Part shown: in pieces, positions 51,940 through 61,813 of the stretch | Position numbering within the stretch: the first letter of the stretch is position 1 | Layout: each line of letters opens with the position of its first letter | DNA from: Alphaproteobacteria bacterium | GTDB lineage: Bacteria; Pseudomonadota; Alphaproteobacteria; SHVV01 | Reading direction: 5' to 3' | Length of the DNA: 64,000 nt | Assembly (NCBI GenBank): GCA_965261735.1 | Contig: OZ253470.1 | Coordinates: 4,416,001 to 4,480,000, forward strand | Made by a program: the position numbers and the translations under genes | The notes under the pieces: generated by a model | Databases searched by the model: none | Seen by the model: only the letters and a program-made list of their open reading frames with translations | Told to the model about the DNA's origin: nothing

Positions 51940-53899
51940 GGACGCCCCCTTCCTCGCTTGGCGTTAACAACACCGCCAACCTGGCACATCGCGATGCCGT
52001 CGGGAGGGGCGTCCACCCCATCGGTTACCTCATGGACTGGCAAGGCGACGAGAACGCGCATCTCTATTCCGTCGAATTGGATACCGGCGCGATCTGGGAC
52101 TTGACCCCAATGGTCGGCGCGCGTGCGGTCATCGTGGGGAGCAGCCCCAAGTTCCCCAACGAGCTGCTTGTGGGTCTGAACGGCCGCGACCCCCGATACA
52201 ACGATATCTATCGGATCAACGTCAGAACCGGGGAAAGGCGGCTGGTGCAGGTGAACGACCAGTTCGCCGGCTTCCTCATCGATGACGATTTCAACATTCG
52301 CTTCGCCAGCCGTCCCACCAAGGACGGGGGCAGCGAACTGCTGCGCTCCACCGCTGGCGGCGGCTGGGAGTCGTTTATCAAATTCCCGCTGGAAGATATC
52401 GAGACCAGCAAGATCTTCGGGTTCGACCGGACGGGGCGGGTCCTGTATCTGGCGGACAACCGGGGGCGGGATACCTCCGCCCTTACCGCCTTCAACCTGG
52501 ACACCGGGGAACAGACCGTCATCGCTGCCGACGCCAGGGCCGATGTGCACGGCGTGATGGCGCACCCTACCGAAAGGACCCTCCAGGCCGTCGACTTCAT
52601 CTATGAACGCAGGGAGTACCGCATTTTGGACGACTCCATCGCCCCCGAAATGGAGTACTTGCGAACGGTGGCCGTTGGCGACTTTCAGGTTATCAGCCGC
52701 ACCCTGGACGACAGCCGCTGGATCGTGGTCTACCCGGTGGATGACGGGCCGGCGCGCTACTACAGCTATGACCGGGCCAGGAAAGAGGCGACGTTCCTGT
52801 TCACGCACGCGAAAGAGTTGGAGGGGCTACCGCTGGCCAAATTGCACTCGGTCGTTATCAAGTCGCGCGACGGGCTGGACCTGGTGGGTTACTACATGCT
52901 GCCGGTGGAGAGCGACAAGGATGGCTCGGGGCGTCCGGACCATCCCTTACCGATGGTATTGCATGTGCATGGCGGCCCCCATGAGCGGGTAGAGTGGAAC
53001 TATTGTCCGTTGTGCCAACTCCTGGCCAACCGGGACTACGCCGTGTTGACCGTAAACTTCCGGGGCTCTACCGGGTTCGGCAAGGCGTTCGTCAACGCCG
53101 CCAACCTGGAGTGGGGCGGCAAGATGCACGACGACCTGATCGACGCCGTGCAGTGGGCCATCGAGCAGGGGATCGCCGACCCGCAACGGGTGGCGATTTA
53201 TGGGGCCAGCTACGGCGGCTACGCCACTCTGGTGGGCCTGACCCTTACCCCGGACACCTTCGCCTGCGGCGTGGACATCGTCGGCCCTTCGAACCTGGTT
53301 ACCCTGCTCAGCAGCATTCCACCGTACTGGGAGCCGGCGATCGAGCGGATGGTCCGTCAGATCGGCGACCACCGCACCGAGGCGGGCCGGGCCTTCCTGA
53401 CCGAGCGTTCCCCGCTTACGCACGTCGAACGCATCAGCAAGCCCCTGCTCATCGGCCACGGCGCCCATGATCCTCGGGTCAAGCAAGCCGAGGCGGAGCA
53501 AATCGTCCGGGCCATGCTGGACAGGAACCTCCCGGTCACTGCCGTCCTCTATCCCGACGAAGGGCACGGCTTCAATCGGCCCGAAAACACACTCTCCTTC
53601 CTGGCAGTAGCGGAAGCCTTCCTGGCCGAGTGTTTGGGAGGACGGCACGAACCGGTGGGGGACGACTTCGCGGGCTCGTCCATCATCGTGCCGGTCGGGG
53701 CGGAGCATATTCCAGGCCTCGTGGAAGCCCTCGAATAGCGACCGGTGGCAAGACGTGATTGGGCGAGAAACGCGGCGCTTGCCCCACGGCTTCGCAATGG
53801 AAGACGGGTCGGTCTCCGTTGCGCGGCAGCTCACCGCTTGTGCCGTCCTGCCCGGTGTCATAATCCGGAGGCCAGGGCTCTCGCGTCTACGCGTGGATC

Positions 53900-54086
53900 G
53901 GATTGATACCGCGCTCGAATAGCAGATCTTCGACCTGTCTCACCGACAACGGGTAGCGGACATAACATCATCACCGCGAGGCGGATGACCTCGGGCGAGC
54001 TGTTGAAGTAGCGGAAGGGATTTCGCATCCGGCAAAACTATGGATGCCCCATCCTGCGCATCAATCCATTCTTGTCTGACACCGCC
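53900..54086 (-). pseudogene. IS6-family 5' remnant with left end
   Basis: MRNPFRYFNSSPEVIRLAVMM / VEDLLFERGI; end GGCGGTGTCAGACAA. Confidence 0.7.
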
Positions 54087-54126
54087 CCCATTACTTTTTC
54101 CTTGGCGAGGATTTATTCGTCCGTTG

Positions 54127-54929
54127 GGCATTGACACGTTAAGTCGGTGGCCGGATCGGGCAGGGGCCGCTACCGTCGGCGTATGACGCCAATTTCTTTC
54201 AAGCGACATCGTTTTTCGCCAGAGATCATCCAGCATGCGGTCTGGCTCTATGCTCGGTTCACGCTGTCATTTCGCGATGTCGAGGACCTGCTGGCCGAGC
54301 GCGGTATCGATGTCTCGAACGAGACGGTGCGACGCTGGTTTCTGAAATTCGGGCGCCTGATCTCAGGCAATCTTCGCCGCAGCCGTCCACGTGCCAGTGC
54401 TCGTTGGCACCTTGACGAAATGGTCATCAGGATCCGCGGCCGAAGACATTGGCTGTGGCGGGCGGTCGACGACGAAGGTGAAGTTCTCGACTTCCTGGTC
54501 CAGCCACGACGCTGCGCCCGATCGGCGCAGAGGTTGCTGCGGAAGCTGCTGAAGAAGCAGGGCTTTGCGCCGAAGCGCATTACCACGGACAAGCTCAAAT
54601 CCTACGCTGTTGCGATCCGCAAAGAGCGACTTACCGCTATTCACGATCAGGGATTGCGGGCGAACAATCGAGCCGAGAATTCACACCAGCCGGTACGTCG
54701 ACGCGAACGAAAACAACAGCGGTTCAATTCACCGGGATCCGCCCAACGGTTCCTTTCAATCCACGCCGCCGTCTACAACGCTTTCTACGTCCAGCGCCAT
54801 CTTTTACCCCGCCGCATTTTCAAGGCGTTTCGAGCCGAGACGTTCGCTGTCTGGAACCAAGGCTGGTGTGCTGCCTGATCCAGATCACGATCCAATTGTG
54901 CCGAACGCGGCAGTTAACGTGTCAATGCC
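54127..54929 (+). mobile_element. IS6-family element, complete (transposase 54183-54878)
   Basis: Perfect 16-bp TIR GGCATTGACACGTTAA; WHLDEM, TTDK, NNRAENSH. Confidence 0.93.
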
Positions 54930-55056
54930 GGGGGACGGGATGCGGCCGCACACCCGAGGCCATTGTCCGGCGCGCAAACTCGATTCCTTGGATTCCAATC
55001 AGATCAATTGCTTGGCGTGCCGATCGGCGTCGAACCTGCGCGCCGCCCCGCAGCTA

Positions 55057-55977
55057 TCAGGAGGGGGTCACGCCAATGCAGGCGGACAAAACCTCTTCCA
55101 CCGGAGTAGGGCGAATGCCCAGGTCTTCCAGGGTCAACGCCTGCCGCCCGACGACATTGTGCCGTGACATCAATTTCACCTGATCGCGGGTCAGCGGCGG
55201 ATCGGGGTGAAATGCCGTCACGGCCGCGAGGATGTCCCACACGAGGAAGGGGACCGGGATCATGACCGTACGCCTGCCGATCCCTTCGAGCACCAACTGT
55301 ACGAGTTCCTTGTAGGCGTATACCCGCGGCCCACCGAGTTCGTAGACGCGGCATCGAGTGGAGGGATTGGCTAGAACCCTCACGCAGGCTTCCGCGACGT
55401 TTTCCACGAACACGGGTTGCAGTCTCGTGCCTCCAATTCCGAACAGCGGCAGCACCGGGCTTTGCCGTGCCAACATGGCAAGTCTGTTCAGGAAGGAATC
55501 ATCCGGACCGAATATCACGCCGGGGCGCAGGATCGTGACGCCATCGAAGGCCTCCTTGACGAGGCTTTCTCCGGTCCCCCGGGCACGGACGTAAGGCGAG
55601 TCCGACCCGGGATCGGCGCCCAGGCCTGAGATATGGATCAGTCGCAGGACCCCCGCCTGCTTCGTCTGCCTGGCGACGTGCAGGGCTCCTTCGCCGTGGA
55701 TCCTATCGAATGTCGTGCCTCCTTTCTCGACATAGTGGCCGACGGTGTTGATGACCGAAGTCGCGCCGTTCACCGCCCGTGTGACCGTCGCCTCGTCCCA
55801 TACATCTGCGTGCACCAGCTCGATCCGGCCGTCCGCGTCGAGCCGCCGCAGGAAGGCGGCGCGGTCGGGATGGCGCACGCCCACACGCACGTCGTGCCCC
55901 GCTGCGGCCAGGTGTTCCACGATCCGGTGGCCGAGGAATCCCGATCCCCCGAAAACCGTCACTAATTTGGACGCCAT
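55057..55977 (-). CDS. NDUFA9-like atypical SDR (NAD(P)-binding)
   Basis: VFGGSGFLG, HISGLGA, LRPGVIFGPDD, LQPVFV. Confidence 0.88.
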   Translation of the reverse strand: MASKLVTVFGGSGFLGHRIVEHLAAAGHDVRVGVRHPDRAAFLRRLDADGRIELVHADVWDEATVTRAVNGATSVINTVGHYVEKGGTTFDRIHGEGALHVARQTKQAGVLRLIHISGLGADPGSDSPYVRARGTGESLVKEAFDGVTILRPGVIFGPDDSFLNRLAMLARQSPVLPLFGIGGTRLQPVFVENVAEACVRVLANPSTRCRVYELGGPRVYAYKELVQLVLEGIGRRTVMIPVPFLVWDILAAVTAFHPDPPLTRDQVKLMSRHNVVGRQALTLEDLGIRPTPVEEVLSACIGVTPS

Positions 55978-56000
55978 CGGCTCGACACCAGATACCCCGC

Positions 56001-57521
56001 TCAGGAAACGGCGTAAGGCCGGCCCGGCCGGCCCACGGCCGCGAGGAACATGACCGATTTGTCGGCCGCGTGGGGCGAGAAGAATGCGGTCACGTCGTCA
56101 TCGAGGAAGGTCAGCCCCGTGGCCTCCAGTCCCAGCGCATAGGCGGCGAGATAGACCCTGCCGCCCCGTATCCCCCCTTCGAGCTCGGCCGCGCGATAGC
56201 CGCGATCGCCGAAGCGCGCCGTCACGCGTTGCAGGTTGGCGAGGAAGTAGAGGTTGACGCTGGCCTCGCCCGCCAGGTCCTGCCCCAGCGCCAAGGCCGT
56301 CGCTTCCTCCCGAAACGTTCCCTCGCGGAGCGGCTCCAGCCCGCCGTGCGCGGGCCTGTATGCGTAGGTTCCTGCGGGGAGCCCGTCGACGGCGTTGACG
56401 ATCAGATAGAGGTCGCAGAGGGACGCTCCGGAGGGGGCCAGAAAGTCCGCGGCAATGGCGCGGTCGGTCCGGTCCAGGATCGTCGAGAGCGCGGTGAAGG
56501 AGATGCTTTTGCCGGTAAACCGGCGGCTCGATCCGCGACGCCGGATCACGGCCTCCAGCGGTTCGGCCGGAACCGCATCGTCCGCCGCTGGTTGCAGGGG
56601 GACGAGCCGGTCTGGAGAGGCTTCGGTGCCTTCGTCCATGGCCCCGCGCCACGCGGCCGCCTCGGCTCCAGTGTTCAGGCAGGAAGCGGCGTGGACCGCT
56701 GGAATGTTCGGGTACGCCACCTCGTGATGCGAGAGCGGCTCCGTCGACAGTCCGAGCGGGGCAAGCCGGGGCGGATGCGCCGCGTGAGCCGGACCGCCGC
56801 GCCCGATCGGCATCAGCATCAGGGACGCCTCCTTCTCAGGATCGACGTCGAGCAGCCGGTTGACGGGGTCGTCGGCATAACCGGCCACCAAGGCGGCCGG
56901 GAGCTCCAGGGCCGCCGCCTGCGCCAGGAGGTTGGCCGCCATGCAGCCCGAATCCCACCAAGCGTGGCGATAGGCACGCGCCTGATACTTCCAGGCGTTG
57001 CGCCACCACGTGCTCGTCAGGACCAGCACCACCGGCGCGTCGGCCACGGCGGCGTGCGCGCCGCTCGCGTCGATGAGGACCTGCCGGCAATCGCCCGGCC
57101 GTAGCAGGCACACTGAGGAATCCTTCGGCTGGAACTGATAGACGCCGGCCGGCAGGTCTTTCAGGTCGGTGCAGATCACGTAGACCTCGATGTGGTAGAG
57201 CGCGCCGGTGCAAGGCGCACCGCGGAACAGCATCTCGCCGCCCGGATAGCGCCGCCGCTTGGTGATGCCGACAGCCGACAGCAGGTGCGCCAGCTCATTC
57301 CGGCCCGCGACCCGGTCGCCGCCGGCGTCTACTCCCGGTTCTGCCAGCGCGGCCAGCGCCGGAACCGCCGAGTCCGGCAAATCGGTCGAGAGCGGCTGGC
57401 GCGCCAAGTCGATATAGATCTTGAAGGGGTGCGGCATGTTCGCAAAGTCGAGGGAGTGGGGATTGGCGCGAATGCGCTCCCACGAATGCTTGGTGGACTC
57501 GTGGTAGTCCAAGGCCCTCAT
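56001..57521 (-). CDS. SagB/ThcOx-family flavin dehydrogenase (tandem nitroreductase domains)
   Basis: YHESTKH, RGAPCTGALY, WKYQARAYR...DSG, RRRGSSRRF, GDRGYR. Confidence 0.85.
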   Translation of the reverse strand: MRALDYHESTKHSWERIRANPHSLDFANMPHPFKIYIDLARQPLSTDLPDSAVPALAALAEPGVDAGGDRVAGRNELAHLLSAVGITKRRRYPGGEMLFRGAPCTGALYHIEVYVICTDLKDLPAGVYQFQPKDSSVCLLRPGDCRQVLIDASGAHAAVADAPVVLVLTSTWWRNAWKYQARAYRHAWWDSGCMAANLLAQAAALELPAALVAGYADDPVNRLLDVDPEKEASLMLMPIGRGGPAHAAHPPRLAPLGLSTEPLSHHEVAYPNIPAVHAASCLNTGAEAAAWRGAMDEGTEASPDRLVPLQPAADDAVPAEPLEAVIRRRGSSRRFTGKSISFTALSTILDRTDRAIAADFLAPSGASLCDLYLIVNAVDGLPAGTYAYRPAHGGLEPLREGTFREEATALALGQDLAGEASVNLYFLANLQRVTARFGDRGYRAAELEGGIRGGRVYLAAYALGLEATGLTFLDDDVTAFFSPHAADKSVMFLAAVGRPGRPYAVS

Positions 57522-57531
57522 GATCCACACG

Positions 57532-58191
57532 TCAGTGGTGCTCGCCCTGCCATAGCGGCTTGCTCAGCTCCGCCGCGTAGCCGGACAGCATGACGTTGAA
57601 GCTCACGCTGATCCGGTCTCGATCGCCGCGGTTGGCGTCCACCGAATGCGGCAGCCACGCCGGGAACAGCAGGACCGTGCCCTCGGCCCACCCGCACGAC
57701 CACCTGGTCGGTATTATCGGCGGTGAGCTCGACGACGGGCGGCCGCAGAATCTCCGTCTGGATGCGCGGATCGTGAAAATTGATGGTGTCCCGCCATTCG
57801 GCACCCGCACATAGTAGACGCCGCTCAGGAAGTTGTTGGGATGGCTGTGGAGCCCGTGTGCGGCGCCCGGCGCATTCATGTTGGCCCAGCAGCCGGACAT
57901 CTCCAACGCCACTTCGCCGACACGCAGATAGTCGAGGACGTCCCTCACGGTCACGCCGATGCTTTCGGTCAGTTCGCGAAACTCATGCAGCTCGTGCAAA
58001 TCGTGCCCCGACTGCCATCCGCGGCCTGCGGCGGGGTTGGCCGTTCCGCGTCGCAGCGCGGCGAGCTTGGTAACGATCGCCTCGTTGATGCGACGGCAGG
58101 CATCGGGCCTGATCTCGGCCCTCCACACGACGGTCGGGAAGAGCCGCATCGCACCGGCTTCCATGATCGGGGACTGTTGCGGTCCCTCCAC
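57532..58191 (-). CDS. Putative 2OG-Fe(II) oxygenase with compensating internal frameshifts
   Basis: LFPT, GWQS, WAN, HSHPNNFLSGVYY, FPAWLPHSV, RISVSFN. Confidence 0.85.
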   Translation of the reverse strand: MEGPQQSPIMEAGAMRLFPTVVWRAEIRPDACRRINEAIVTKLAALRRGTANPAAGRGWQSGHDLHELHEFRELTESIGVTVRDVLDYLRVGEVALEMSGCWANMNAPGAAHGLHSHPNNFLSGVYYVRVPNGGTPSIFTIRASRRRFCGRPSSSSPPIIPTRWSCGWAEGTVLLFPAWLPHSVDANRGDRDRISVSFNVMLSGYAAELSKPLWQGEHH

Positions 58192-58256
58192 CGGCCCCTC
58201 CGCCGCCGCTCCGCTTCAACCGAGGCCATGCCGCCAACGCCAGGAAGGCGCCCGAC

Positions 58257-59062
58257 GGCATTGTCACGTTAACAGCGTGGCTTCGGCACGGCCGGTGCTT
58301 TAGCATCTCTGGATGTGCAAGATATCCTACCGTCGTCACCGCTTTCCACCGGTCATCATCCAGCATGCCGTCTGGCTCTATTGCCGTTTCACGCTGAGCT
58401 ATCGGGACGTTGATGACCTGCTTGCCGAGCGTGGTCTCGACATCTCGTATGAGACAGTTCGAAGATGGGTCTTGAAATTCGGTCGGGCCTATGCGCGGCG
58501 GATTCAACGTCGGCGGCCACGACCGACCGAACGCTGGCACCTGGACGAGATGGTCGTCGTAATTCGAGGGAGGCAGTTCTATCTCTGGCGTGCCGTGGAC
58601 AGTGAGGGCGAAGTCCTGGATTTCCTGGTTCAATCCCGCAGGAACGCTCGGGCGGCAATTCGGCTGATGCGGAAACTCTTGAAGAAGCAGGGCTTCGCGC
58701 CGGCGACGATTGTAACCGATAAACTCCGCTCCTACGGCACCGCGATCCGTTTGCTTGCCCTCTCGGCTCAGCATGAGCAAGGCCTGCGAAAGAACAATCG
58801 GGCAGAAAATTCACATCAGCCGGTGCGACGACGAGAGCGAAAGATGCAGCGGTTCAAATCGCCCGCGTCCGCGCAGCGGTTCCTCGCCGTCCATGCGACC
58901 GTCTACAACCTCTTCAACGTCCAACGCCATCTGGTCTCCCGCCGAACACTCCGCCAATTCCGCGGCGACGCGATGAGACAGTGGCGGCAAGTGACGACCG
59001 TTGCATAATCTCCGGCGTCGGCGCCCACAAGCTGGTTACACGGTGGTTAACGTGACAACGCC
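58257..59062 (+). mobile_element. IS6-family element, complete (transposase 58313-59008)
   Basis: TIR GGC(A/G)TTGTCACGTTAAC; WHLDEM, VTDK, NNRAENSH. Confidence 0.93.
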
Positions 59063-59127
59063 CTGCCGACGGTTCGCAGCCGGCTGCAGGCGCGGCCGGG
59101 CCCCCAGGCCGGGGCCCCTGTCCGTCG

Positions 59128-60186
59128 TCAATCGGCGCTGAGGCACCTTTCAAACGCGTTGCCGAGGCCGCGCACGATCTCGAACCAGGCATCCGGGCCG
59201 GGCCGGGCGGCGACGCCGATCGGATCAAGGGCCCCGGTGCGGACCTTTGTCCCCTCGACGACGGTCCGCACGAGATCCGGCTCGAATTGCGGTTCGGTGA
59301 ACACGCACAGGACGTTGCGCGTGACGAGCGCCCTGCGCAATTCGGCGAGCCGCCTGGCGCCCGGCGGCCGGGCGGGGTCGACGGCAACCGCCCCGACACC
59401 GGTGAGCCCGAACGCATGCTCGAAATACCGGTAGCCGTCGTGAAACACGATGAAGGCGCGCTTGCGCACGGGCGCCAGTTGCTTGCGCAGAGCCGCCACC
59501 TGCGCATCGATCCGCTTGCGCATCGCGGCTTCGTTGCGGCGGTAGGCTCCGGCATTGGCGGGATCGACCCGGATCAGCGCATCCGCGACGACGGAGACGA
59601 TCCGGCCGGCATTGCCGGGATCGAGCCAGATGTGCATGTCGAACTCGTCATGCTCGTGGCCGTGGTCGTCCTTTTCGTCCTTATGGACTTCCGCGGCCTC
59701 TTCTTCCTTCCAGACCCCGCCCTCGCGATTGGGCAGCAGACGCATCCCGGCCGCTTCATGCAACGTCACGACCGTGGCGCCGCTGCCGAGATTGGAGATC
59801 GGACGGTCGAGGAACGTCTCCAGATTTTCGCCGACCCAGACGATGAGATCGGCATTGTGCAGCTTCTTCGCTTCGGACGGCCGCATCAGGTACATGTGAG
59901 GTGACGCCGCACCGGGCACCATCAACCAGGGCTCGCCCACCCCGCGCATCACGCCGGCGACGAGGGAATGGACCGGCTTGATGCTGACGACGACCTCGGG
60001 CGCGGCATTGGCGCCAGGCGTGTGCATGCCGGCGACCAGAAAAGTCGCCGCGCATATCAACTTTTTGGGGCTTATATACCGGGGTTGACGCAACGAGGGA
60101 GGGTCGAGGCATGTGGTGTCCTCGGCATTTGCGCTATTCATCCTCAAGAAACCGCCATTGGTTTTTCGAAGACCTCCCGATTGCAC
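59128..60186 (-). CDS. znuA: Zinc ABC transporter substrate-binding protein (orphan); start uncertain
   Basis: SIKPVHSL, ASPH, His/acidic loop, DMHIWLDP, VFHDGY, EPQF. Confidence 0.85.
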   Translation of the reverse strand: MQSGGLRKTNGGFLRMNSANAEDTTCLDPPSLRQPRYISPKKLICAATFLVAGMHTPGANAAPEVVVSIKPVHSLVAGVMRGVGEPWLMVPGAASPHMYLMRPSEAKKLHNADLIVWVGENLETFLDRPISNLGSGATVVTLHEAAGMRLLPNREGGVWKEEEAAEVHKDEKDDHGHEHDEFDMHIWLDPGNAGRIVSVVADALIRVDPANAGAYRRNEAAMRKRIDAQVAALRKQLAPVRKRAFIVFHDGYRYFEHAFGLTGVGAVAVDPARPPGARRLAELRRALVTRNVLCVFTEPQFEPDLVRTVVEGTKVRTGALDPIGVAARPGPDAWFEIVRGLGNAFERCLSAD

Positions 60187-60225
60187 TCCATGACCGATAA
60201 CCTCTGGGCGATTTCCAGTTTATCT

Positions 60226-60757
60226 TCATCTTTCCGCAAGCTGGCCCCGAAGTGAATTGATCGTCTGCGTGCGTTGGCGGACAAGCAGCGCGCGGGTGCG
60301 GAACAGCATTGCATCCGCCTGCGCTTCTTCCGACTTCACTGCCACGAACCGCATGGTGGGGCGCTGTGCCGCCTCGACGATCGCGGCCGCGTCGTTACTG
60401 TCATTCTTCTGCCGTTTCAGGAATGGCTTGACATAGATCGGCGGGATCAGCTTGCACGTGTGGCCAAGAGCGAGAATCTGTCGACCCCAGTAATGCGCGC
60501 CGCCGCAGGCCTCCATCACAACCAGGCACGGCGGCGCTTCGGAGAGGAATACAAGGAACTTTTCTCGCGAAAGCTTTTTGCCGAACACCGGCTTGCCTTC
60601 CGCCGTTGCCCCATGGAGTTGGAAACTCCTCTTTGATATATCGATGCCAATGATGTTAATCCGGTCCACGGACGCCTCCTTCGTTGATCGAACGCACCCC
60701 ACGTGCGTTCCTTCCTGGCGCTTATGACGCCGTCAGATGGGGGCGTTCACCCCATCG
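60226..60757 (-). mobile_element. IS110-family element C, 5' part only (GTG start 60669)
   Basis: GIDISK, MEAC, KNDSNDAAAI; left end CGATGGG-GTGAACGCCCC. Confidence 0.88.
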
Positions 60758-61668
60758 CTTCAGGAGATGAGCGATGCTCTCTTGCAACACCTTGTTGGCG
60801 GGCAGCCGGATGGCGTAGGGCATTCCTTCGGCTTCGAGGTAGTCGTAGATCTCCGGTGAGGCGAAGGCCGCATCGCCGCGGAAGTAGGGGCGGATGGCTC
60901 GTTCCTTGTAACGTTCGACCACCGGTACCAGGCATCACGCCATCCGTGGGCGCTGTGCACGTTGCCGGGGCGCAGCGCGCAACGCTCCAGGTCGCCGAAC
61001 TGGTTGAAAACGAACAGCGGGTGATAACAGGTGCAGCCGAAGTGGCCGTTATAGGCCGTGCTCTCCTGCTCACCGAATGTCGGGCTGACGGAGCTGTCCA
61101 TGTCGAGCACCACGCGCCTCGGCGGATCGTGGTCGTGAACCCGGTCGATCCACATCCCCGACAGGTCCGCAAGGGCCGCGAGGTTCTCGTTGTTCGCCAG
61201 CAGCTCGGTCTCGAACCGCCCCATCTGGCTGGTCGATGCCCCGCCGCGCTCGACCGCCTTGCCGCCGACGATCCAGCGCATCGCGGGATCACGCCCGAGC
61301 CGGTCGGCGTCGTTGACATCCTCGTAGCCGGCGAGACGCCCATAGACGGACTGGCGAAGGAGGCTGACGATGCCGTGCCAGCTGTTCCTGCCCGTGCGGC
61401 TATCCGCGAGCACGCCGCCCGCCAGTGCGGTCAGCCCGAGTGCGTCGTCCAGTTCGCGATAAGCGAGCAACCCCGCATCGGAGGTCACCCGCGATCCGTG
61501 GAACTCCAGTTTCAGGCGGCGGTCGAAAAGGGGCCGGAGTGGCCCATGATCCGATTCACCCTCCGGGTTCCGCATCCGGGCCGCCCTCCGACACCCTCAA
61601 GCCAGTGATTCTTATAGCAGAATCGTGCCAATCCGGCATCAGGCGAAGCGGTCACTTGAGAAATGCGG
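60758..61668 (-). mobile_element. IS1380-family element, frameshifted and cut by IS110 C
   Basis: [24 protein letters not shown]...YHPL, LRPGN / RGDAAF. Confidence 0.88.
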
Positions 61669-61670
61669 CG

Positions 61671-61805
61671 TTAGTCACCGGTTCGCTTGAGCAGCTGGTG
61701 CCCGGGGATCACGTCCTGGCCCGTGTGGACCGTGTTCTCGATCTGGGCTGGCTGCACGAGGAAGTAGCGGACTGCTATTGTCCGGGCAACGGTCGCCCGG
61801 GTATC
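61671..61805 (+). pseudogene. IS1182/IS5-type transposase N-terminal remnant
   Basis: SLEQLVPGDHVLARVDRVLDL...GRPGI. Confidence 0.7.
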
Positions 61806-61813
61806 GGACTAGT

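Larger units (their letters stand above)
50650..52023 (-). mobile_element. IS110-family (IS1111-type) element B, complete
   Basis: Sub-terminal IR GTGGACGCCCC 7 bp and 3 bp from the ends; boundaries fixed by the interrupted gene. Confidence 0.92.
50250..53738 (+). pseudogene. S9-family peptidase interrupted by IS110 element B
   Basis: Signal peptide, LIPRKLLFGNP, HGGP, GASYGG, DPRV, DEGHG; removing 50650-52023 restores DHIGYLMDWQGDEN. Confidence 0.92.

Noticed and set aside
47638-58191. RiPP biosynthetic cluster (P450, S9 peptidase, SagB-like, 2OG oxygenase)
   Set aside because: No YcaO gene or precursor peptide; the genes are separated by independent IS elements and differ in orientation
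58249-59070. Target duplication around the second IS6
   Set aside because: CGCCCGAC versus CTGCCGAC is only 6/8
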